Virus record (IMG/VR): IMGVR_UViG_3300020042_004057
Span: 1 to 28,526 of that record
DNA from: a virus
Taxonomy: Duplodnaviria; Caudoviricetes
Length of the DNA stretch: 28,526 nucleotides
Strand: one strand, 5' to 3'
A program made the translations under genes and the position numbers. A model generated the notes under the pieces. That model had not been told where the DNA came from, made no database searches, and was given only the letters and a program-made list of their open reading frames with translations. This document shows positions 1 through 6,800 of this stretch, one piece after another (the first letter of the stretch is position 1; the number at the start of each line of letters is the position of its first letter).

Positions 1-161
1 CAGACTTTCACAAGCTGATTCTCCCTAACGCAGAGATTAGGTTCCTTCGTGGCCGAGTGACTTTCTTGAAGGATGGAAAACCGAAGATTGGTAAAAAGGG
101 GCAAGTGCAAAAAGGAAAGCACGACTCTATGCTTGTAATTTTTAAGGGAAAATCAAAATGA
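1..161 (+). CDS. C-terminal part of phage DNA N6-adenine methyltransferase (Dam-like), truncated by window edge
   Basis: The frame from base 3 reads DFHKLILPNAEIRFLRGRVTFLKDG...GKHDSMLVIFKGKSK*, with TGA at 159-161. FH...AEIRFLRGRxxF...SMxVIF is the typical C-terminus of phage Dam-family proteins. Not in the ORF track. Confidence 0.7.
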   Translation, partial: DFHKLILPNAEIRFLRGRVTFLKDGKPKIGKKGQVQKGKHDSMLVIFKGKSK

Positions 162-199
162 TGGAGGGCCCTCGCCGCGCTTAACAAGGAGAAGAACAC

Positions 200-379
200 A
201 TGACACACGAAGAAATGAAGGCGCAACTTGATTTGCACGGATTTGTGCCTTGGACTTTAACTATTGCAGATGCTATGGAAGAAAACATGGATTGGGACAG
301 GGATGATGTAATCAAAGCCTTGCGGGGCGCACAGAAAAAGATTGATGAACTAACCATCAAACTCAAGGAGAAGAAATGA
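200..379 (+). CDS. hypothetical protein (59 aa)
   Basis: Read manually as MTHEEMKAQLDLHGFVPW...IKLKEKK*. AAGGAG lies upstream, and the stop overlaps the next ATG (ATGA). Below the ORF-track cutoff. Confidence 0.75.
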   Translation: MTHEEMKAQLDLHGFVPWTLTIADAMEENMDWDRDDVIKALRGAQKKIDELTIKLKEKK

Positions 380-789
380 CACCCGCATCGTCGAAGACAC
401 AAATAATCTGGCTTGAAGACCGTATTGACGGTTTAGAAAAGAGGCTAAAGGAGGTGGAGCGTTTAAACAAACCACCTACCAAGCTACTCGCAATACCGGA
501 GGTGCTTCGTCAGGCGGGGTGGATGCCGAATCCGCTGTTATTTGATCACGGCGGGGAACACGGGCAATGCGTATCGCTATACGACTACAACTATCTCCGC
601 GCCAAGGCTGTCGAATTAACAAAATTCCAACTTGAACGTGCCGCCGCAAACGAACAGAATCGCCCGCTGACGGATGCGGAGATCATTGAGACTTGCGCTA
701 CGTGGGTAGTAGATGATATCGGTAGCGACGAAGTTATCAAGATCGTTCGGAGAACTGAACGCGCACATGGGATAGGAGAGAAAGAATGA
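376..789 (+). CDS. hypothetical phage protein
   Basis: 137-aa ORF with AAGGAG SD and ATGA overlaps at both ends. The C-terminus RPLTDAEI...RRTERAHGIG resembles the PLTDEEI...ARAIE.AHGI tail common in small phage proteins. Confidence 0.8.
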   Translation: MTPASSKTQIIWLEDRIDGLEKRLKEVERLNKPPTKLLAIPEVLRQAGWMPNPLLFDHGGEHGQCVSLYDYNYLRAKAVELTKFQLERAAANEQNRPLTDAEIIETCATWVVDDIGSDEVIKIVRRTERAHGIGEKE

Positions 790-1040
790 CCAACTGCGTG
801 AAACAAGGAGAGTGGCTGCACTCCATAATAAAAGGAGGAAGGGAAGCGCGGATGAGTGGAATGAATGACTATGAACGCGGTTGGAAAGCGGCGATAGACG
901 AAGCTGAACAGGTGATGGTTAAGTGTCAATTAATACCACTGATGACGCCGCCAGATCACCCGCTGTTTCAATTGTTTTTTGCGCTGAAGGATTCGGTAGT
1001 TAAGCTGCGGGATGTGTTGCCAACGGAGGCAGATTTATAA
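786..1040 (+). CDS. hypothetical protein (true start may be downstream, near 852 or 861)
   Basis: ORF coupled to both neighbours. An internal AAGGAGG precedes MSGMNDYERGWKAAI, a YERGW-type motif seen in small phage proteins. Confidence 0.65.
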   Translation: MTNCVKQGEWLHSIIKGGREARMSGMNDYERGWKAAIDEAEQVMVKCQLIPLMTPPDHPLFQLFFALKDSVVKLRDVLPTEADL

Positions 1041-1234
1041 TGAAATGGTCTGAACAAACCATACCGCAGCGCGTAGCTACCCTGCAACGGCATTATGAAC
1101 GCATGGCTGATCGTTTATATCCAGACGGGGTTCCGATGATGGCTTACAAAACGGAACCAAAGAGGCATGATCTGTATCAAGACTACATGACTTTCTTCAA
1201 CCAACTCGGCACGATACTGGAGAAAAAGAAATGA
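1040..1234 (+). CDS. hypothetical protein
   Basis: 64 aa, GGAGG upstream, TAATG coupling at the start, ends LEKKK* overlapping the next ATG. Confidence 0.7.
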   Translation: MKWSEQTIPQRVATLQRHYERMADRLYPDGVPMMAYKTEPKRHDLYQDYMTFFNQLGTILEKKK

Positions 1235-1437
1235 GACTCCAGATGAAAGCGTGGGACTTGGTTGGTCTTGAGAACGGCACCCAAGAACACTTGGGGACGT
1301 TCAGTAGTCATAGAAAAGCTATGGCATACGGAGAGTATTTAATAACAACGGGGCAGGAAATATGTTGGGCTAACGCAACCAGCGATGGCTTGTCAGTGAG
1401 CGGCCCGTATAAATTACGTATCAATCCAGAATACTAA
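1231..1437 (+). CDS. hypothetical protein
   Basis: 68 aa, GGAG SD, ATGA coupling. Confidence 0.7.
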   Translation: MRLQMKAWDLVGLENGTQEHLGTFSSHRKAMAYGEYLITTGQEICWANATSDGLSVSGPYKLRINPEY

Positions 1438-1754
1438 AGGAGCTTCAAAGTGAGGAAGCAAGTAAGCACCCTAAAGACTGATGACAGCGGGATGTATTGG
1501 AAAAGAACTAATACGAACGACAGACTATACAAGAATCTGAAGTCGAAGATTAACCAGAAGCAGCGGGATAAGATAGAGCGTCTGATAGGTCACATAGCAG
1601 ATATGCCCATTCGTTATAACCACGGTAGATGCAGCGGCGAAGCAATTAAAGAACTAGCGTGGATGTTAGCGGCTATCCAAGACGTAATTTATAAAGATGT
1701 TGTGTAGAGGAGTTACAAAGTGAAGAAGCAAGTAACGACCCCAAAGACTGATGA
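1438..1754 (+). repeat. imperfect 47-bp direct repeat covering SD, start and first codons of two adjacent genes (1438-1484 and 1708-1754)
   Basis: AGGAGCTTCAAAGTGAGGAAGCAAGTAAGCACCCTAAAGACTGATGA versus AGGAGTTACAAAGTGAAGAAGCAAGTAACGACCCCAAAGACTGATGA, 41/47 identical by manual alignment. Confidence 0.9.
1450..1707 (+). CDS. hypothetical protein
   Basis: 85 aa, GTG start with AAGGAG SD. Confidence 0.7.
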   Translation: MRKQVSTLKTDDSGMYWKRTNTNDRLYKNLKSKINQKQRDKIERLIGHIADMPIRYNHGRCSGEAIKELAWMLAAIQDVIYKDVV

Positions 1755-1881
1755 ACTTCTATACAAACTGATGGGGCAGATAGACAAACACCGCAAGACG
1801 AGCCAGAGTGTGTATGAAGCGTTTTGGGAGATGGCGCAACATGCGCGGGAGTTGGAGACAAAACTACGGGAGAAGAAATGA
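1720..1881 (+). CDS. hypothetical protein (53 aa)
   Basis: Read manually: GTG start after GAGGAG, MKKQVTTPKTDELLYKLMGQIDKHRKTSQSVYEAFWEMAQHARELETKLREKK*. The stop overlaps the ATG at 1878. Not in the ORF track. Confidence 0.75.
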   Translation: MKKQVTTPKTDELLYKLMGQIDKHRKTSQSVYEAFWEMAQHARELETKLREKK

Positions 1882-2459
1882 ATAAAACACTTAAAAAACT
1901 AGTAGCGGAGCCTGGTAAACCTGTGGACAAGGAGCCGGTTAAAACACCGTGGGGTGATTTGGATTCTGCAACTTGGGGTGATTTGGATTCCGCAGACGAG
2001 AAAGACAAATGGTTTGTAAAAGGAAGTACAACGGTCGCGCTGACAGACAAAAAAATCGAGACTATTCCAAGCAAGTTGCTTGATCCGAAAAAACAGGGGG
2101 CGGCATGTCGCAAACTGTTTGCATCGGTGATGACTATGGCTATACAGGACGCCACCATACGACCACTTGTGGACGATACTTTTGGTAAGCTTACAACGTG
2201 TTATAACGCCCGTAGTGCTATGGCTTTCTTATTCAGTGACAGGTGTGATGTTTATTTGCACTTCTTGGATATAAACCCAAAGACTTTCCGCAAGAGTCTG
2301 GTTGAATGCATGTCTGGGGCGAAAAACTTCTCCGCCAGTTCCGCGTTTTGTAAACTGGTTACTCCAATGGCGCGAAAATCTTTTATGTTTAATTACCGGC
2401 ATTATGAAAATGTTGTGGCTCCAGATACATATGATTTTGAATGTGAAACAAATGCGTAG
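1878..2459 (+). CDS. hypothetical phage protein
   Basis: The ATG at 1878 (MNKTLKK) has a GGAG SD and ATGA coupling, so it is preferred over the track start at 1824. The helical core RKLFASVMTMAIQDA...ARSAMAFLF...LDINPKTFR resembles a recurrent uncharacterised phage family. Confidence 0.75.
   Translation: MNKTLKKLVAEPGKPVDKEPVKTPWGDLDSATWGDLDSADEKDKWFVKGSTTVALTDKKIETIPSKLLDPKKQGAACRKLFASVMTMAIQDATIRPLVDDTFGKLTTCYNARSAMAFLFSDRCDVYLHFLDINPKTFRKSLVECMSGAKNFSASSAFCKLVTPMARKSFMFNYRHYENVVAPDTYDFECETNA
1950..1997 (+). repeat. in-frame 24-bp tandem duplication (WGDLDSAT/WGDLDSAD)
   Basis: TGGGGTGATTTGGATTCTGCAACT followed by TGGGGTGATTTGGATTCCGCAGAC. Confidence 0.9.
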
Positions 2460-2495
2460 TAAATGCCGGTTTTTAATTGTGCAAAGGGTTTAACA

Positions 2496-3242
2496 ATGAA
2501 CATCATTAGTTTGGGTGCGGGAGTTCAGTCATCAACCATGGCGCTCATGGCTGCTCATGGCGAGATTACACCGATGCCAGAATGTGCAATCTTTGCTGAT
2601 ACTCAGGCTGAACCACACGCAACATACGATTACTTGAAATGGTTGGAAACAATTCTTCCATTTCCAATTTACAAAGTAACGGCTGGCAGTTTGCTGGATA
2701 ACATATACGCCAATAAAACATTGTCTGGACATGAGTATCAAGACGTCCCATGGAGAACCCAAGGCGGGATGGGTAAAAGACAATGCACCACTCAATACAA
2801 AATACTTCCGCTATACAGGAAGTTGAGGGAAATGGGAGCCAATCACAAAGACCCAATTGATTTCTGGATTGGGATTAGCGCAGATGAAGCAGACAGAATG
2901 AAGCCAGCAAGGGTGAAGTATGTAAAAAACCGCTGGCCGCTTTTGGAAAAAAACCTTACGCGTCTTCATTGTCTTGAGTGGCTTACTAAAAATAACTATG
3001 CTCACCCTCCGAAGTCAAGCTGCGTATTTTGTCCATACAAGGGTAACGCTGAGTGGAGGGCGCTAGATGCTGAAGATTTTGCCGTTGCCGTAAAGGTGGA
3101 TAACTTCATTAGAACTCTTTCTGTTGAGCAGTTTGTTCACAGAGATCTCAAACCATTGCAAGATGTTGACCTGAGAAGCGCCGAGCAAGCCGGCCAGATG
3201 GCTATGTTTGGCGAAGAATGCGAAGGAATGTGTGGACTATGA
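2496..3242 (+). CDS. PAPS reductase-like / adenine nucleotide alpha-hydrolase (PP-loop) family protein
   Basis: Motifs IISLGAGVQS (PP-loop variant), FADTxxE, RQCTxxYKIxP, GISxDExxR, PPKSSCVFCPY and C-terminal ECEGMCG. An alternative start exists at 2463. Confidence 0.8.
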   Translation: MNIISLGAGVQSSTMALMAAHGEITPMPECAIFADTQAEPHATYDYLKWLETILPFPIYKVTAGSLLDNIYANKTLSGHEYQDVPWRTQGGMGKRQCTTQYKILPLYRKLREMGANHKDPIDFWIGISADEADRMKPARVKYVKNRWPLLEKNLTRLHCLEWLTKNNYAHPPKSSCVFCPYKGNAEWRALDAEDFAVAVKVDNFIRTLSVEQFVHRDLKPLQDVDLRSAEQAGQMAMFGEECEGMCGL

Positions 3243-3496
3243 ACAACAAGCTAACGCCGGCAGACAGGCGACATCTAGGTATCATTAAGGAGATGCCCTG
3301 CGGTGTTTGCGGCGCTGCCGGCCCTAGCGATGCCCACCATATCAAGCAGGGTCTCCAATACACCTGTATCCCACTGTGCAAGGACTGCCATCAGGGTTCC
3401 CACAACGGCATCCATGGGCAAAGATCGATCTGGAAGGTCTTGAAAAAGGATGAGCTATCCGTCCTGAACGACACCATCAAAGCCGCCCTTGAATAG
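3239..3496 (+). CDS. Zn-binding HNH-type nuclease (Ref / recombination-enhancement-like)
   Basis: PCGVCG...AHHIK...IPLCKDCHQGSHNGIHG. The ATG at 3239 overlaps the upstream stop. Confidence 0.75.
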   Translation: MNNKLTPADRRHLGIIKEMPCGVCGAAGPSDAHHIKQGLQYTCIPLCKDCHQGSHNGIHGQRSIWKVLKKDELSVLNDTIKAALE

Positions 3497-3845
3497 GCAC
3501 ATTGGCCTGGATCTTCCGTGGCCTCCCAGTGTTAACCACTATTGGGGGCAGTTTGGAAAACACCGGTTTATCGGCAAGAGGGGTAAGGAGTTCCGTATAA
3601 AGGTGCTTCAGGCGTGTCAGGATGGCGGTATAGAGCCTCTGGAGGGTAGGTTGGCTATGCATGTATCCCTTTTCCCTCCAGACCGCCGTAAACGCGATAT
3701 AGACAACGTCCTGAAGAGCCTCCTGGATGCCTGTGAACACGCTGGCTGTTACGCCTCAGACTCCCAGATCGACGAGCTACACGTAGTCAGGCTGGAGAAC
3801 CTCGCGGGTGGAGGCTGCTCCGTCCTTATCATGGTTAGGGACTAA
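3489..3845 (+). CDS. rusA: RusA-family Holliday junction resolvase
   Basis: LPWPPSVNHYW...PPDRRKRDIDNVLKSLLDA...DSQID contains the RusA catalytic DxDNxxKxxxD signature. Confidence 0.92.
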   Translation: MNRHIGLDLPWPPSVNHYWGQFGKHRFIGKRGKEFRIKVLQACQDGGIEPLEGRLAMHVSLFPPDRRKRDIDNVLKSLLDACEHAGCYASDSQIDELHVVRLENLAGGGCSVLIMVRD

Positions 3846-6800
3846 AGGCCGCTTATACTCCGCATCTTTTCAACCCCAGTAAGAGTTGAATTTTTGGCGC
3901 GCTGCAACAACTCTATTGTTTTTCTCTTTTCCTGCGGGGACATTGGGTTCATTTGCCCTTCTGAAATTTCTCGAATAATTTTGTTTATTCTACTCAGTTC
4001 TTTATTTGTATTGTCTACATAATCATGCATTGCAATCAATCGTTTGTTCTCTTCAACATTAGATAGAACTCCCTTTACATTTTGACGATCAATTTGTAGT
4101 TCCATAGTTTTGTATTTTTCGTCAACGCGTTCTTTAAAGTCATAGAACAAATCTTCTGGGCCACGCTGGACTGGTTTCACAAATGCCCCATAAAACGGGT
4201 TCTGTTTGTCGGTCATTGCGGGACGTTTTTCAGCCGCCTCTCCAATCAAGTTGGATGCCCATTGCGCCAAAGACCCAACACTGCCAAAAAAACCTCTGAT
4301 AATGTGATCAGCTTGTATTGGGTTCAGCGCACCTCTGGTCGCCGATGAAACATATTTGCCTAACTCAGAGGTTGTCGCGGTGTATTGTTCTGCTGCTTCA
4401 ACACCATTAAGCCCGACTGGAACAACCGGTCGCCCTGTCAGGAAACTACGATTTATTCCGATTTCGATAACCGGTCTTGCGCCAGATGGCACTGGAGTTG
4501 GGCCAAGCAACATGTCAATCGCGGCGGTTTTAAGAGCTTCTTTCAGGCGCGTTGCGTCTTTTGGCGTTGCAGTAGATTCCTCAATATACTTATCGTATAG
4601 AAACTCTGGAAGAACCTTAAAGAAAAAAGCGCCGGAGTTGTGCATTGGCAACATGATGTTGGTTCCCGGAATTATATAATTACCATACCTGGTTTTATCA
4701 TCATATTTTTTATATTCATCGTCATCGCCAATGGCGCATCTGAGCAATAGCGTAAGAATGCCCAGCGACGTTCCTGTGATAGCCATTTGCGCAAATGCGG
4801 CTTTTCTAGACTTACCTTTAAGTCCTCCGCCAGCTAATGTCTGAGCCATTACATCCGTTGCGTTTGCATAGGCCGAAATGAATGGAACTGTTTTTACAAG
4901 AATTTGCGCTACCTGTCCAGATCCGCGATGGTGAAAGTTAATTACGTTCGCCGCACGATAAAGAGCCAAAGCCTCATCGCCAGTTTCAGCCAGAACCCGT
5001 TTATATGTAGCTATACGCGGAGCAACATCCGATGAGTCTCCAATGTGATCTAGCGCCTTTAAAATAAATTGAAAGGCGTTTCGATTCATAATTCCAACCT
5101 GCATCTTTACTTCTTTTTCTGCCGTTCTGGATGGGATGTGATATCCGCCAATGCCCGCCAATTGTAATGTTCTAGCAACAGGCTCTATGTCGAAGTTTTG
5201 ATTTCCGGTAAGAGTAACTCCCACTTTATTTGCAACAGGCCTGACCAAAGTATAAACAAAGTTTTTATATACCCCGCCAAGCAACTTATACCAATGCTTG
5301 GTGCCAGATGCCCACGCTGCCACGGGCGCATCCATTAGTAATTGTTTAAGTTGAAATTCTGGATCTATCGTAATAAGTCTTCTTGTAAAGTTTGCAAGGT
5401 AATTAAAACCGTAAAGCATTTTTATGTCTAGGTTTTCCATCCCAAATACAGCTTCTGCAATAAGCTTGTCTTCGATTTCTACAACGATATTCCTGCCATT
5501 AGAAATATGAGTAAAGCGGCCTTTGTCCTTATCTACCTTTGGAAATACTGTGAGCTGGCCATTCAAATTGCGTGTTGCGTAACGATCAACAATATGGTTT
5601 GCGGCGTTTTTACGAAGTCCGTTCATGGTCATTCGCATAACGCTGCGAGTCATGTTGTCAACCATGTTTTGAATTTCGCGATTGGTTTTAAACTCAACAA
5701 TATCGCCTTCGTTTATTGGAACATTGATCGTTACCTCTCCGTTCGGAGCGCTTCTTACATCATTTGGATTTATTGGATTTTCATTTATTTCAACCCCAAC
5801 AACGCGGGAAGGTTGAATTTTAAAAGTCTGCTGACCTTGCTTTGCCTTGAATCTTGTGGAAACAGATGGTCGGCCAGCTTTAAACAGTTTTTCCCTGCCT
5901 ATGTTTGTCATAGACCTGGTAGTGCTTTGGAGCGCGGAACCGGCCTCGTCGGTGTCTGCCGATATAGTGCCGTCTTCCATGATTCGATACCATGGAATAT
6001 AGTCTTTTATGTTTGACAATAGTTCGTAGCGAGCCTCACTAATCAAACCAACATCTCGCCAGAACACAAGCAAGTTTTGGTTAACGGCGTTGTAATTAGT
6101 CATGATGTCGCCAAGCTCGGGATGCGCCCTTGCTCTACTCAAGAAGTCTCTTATTTCCCCGTTTGACATGCTGACCTTGCGTTCAACCAATTCAATAGCG
6201 GTCAAAGCCTTTTTTGCTTCCGAAATTTCCATCTTCAAGGCGCTGATATCATCTGGGTCAGCATTGGGATTGGACTTGAGTGTAATTAAATCAGCAGCCA
6301 GTTGATTTAACTGATCTTGCCGCGCAACCAATTCGTTCCTAATACTTAAAGAACGCTTTGCCTCCAAATACCCTTGAATTATGTCCGTGCCTAACTGATT
6401 TCCAAGCTTTTTCTTTATGAGTGATTCGGCTTTGTATACGCCGACCATTCCTTTGTCGCGTTTCTCCGCCACATAACTCAAAGAATTAGGGTCGTATTTA
6501 ATACCGCCATTTAATACCACTTGAGATGAAATGGCGGTAGCGCGAATAGCATTGTCCAACGCTATGGACGCATTTACTAAACCGTTCGCGTCCCTCATCT
6601 GGCCGTTGAATGCGCTGTATTCGGCGGCGTCTAAACCAGTGCCAAACCATACGTTTTTGTTGCGCATATATATGGTTGCTCGATCAGCCGTCGTAATGGC
6701 ATCTATAGCCAAACTCTTGGGGTCTTCAACTCCTTTTTTAAATATTTGTTTGGCTGTTGTTGTGGCGGTAAGGACGGCTTTCTTAAGAGAAGATGTGCCT

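Noticed and set aside
1438-1997. Repeats as a mini-CRISPR array or att sites
   Set aside because: There are only two copies of each, they lie in coding or SD sequence, and no spacers, cas genes or integrase are present.
8-3740. Minus-strand ORFs in the left arm (8-238, 181-402, 591-929, 1673-2158, 2532-2856, 3477-3740)
   Set aside because: The + strand is almost fully tiled by coupled genes with SD sites and recognisable motifs.
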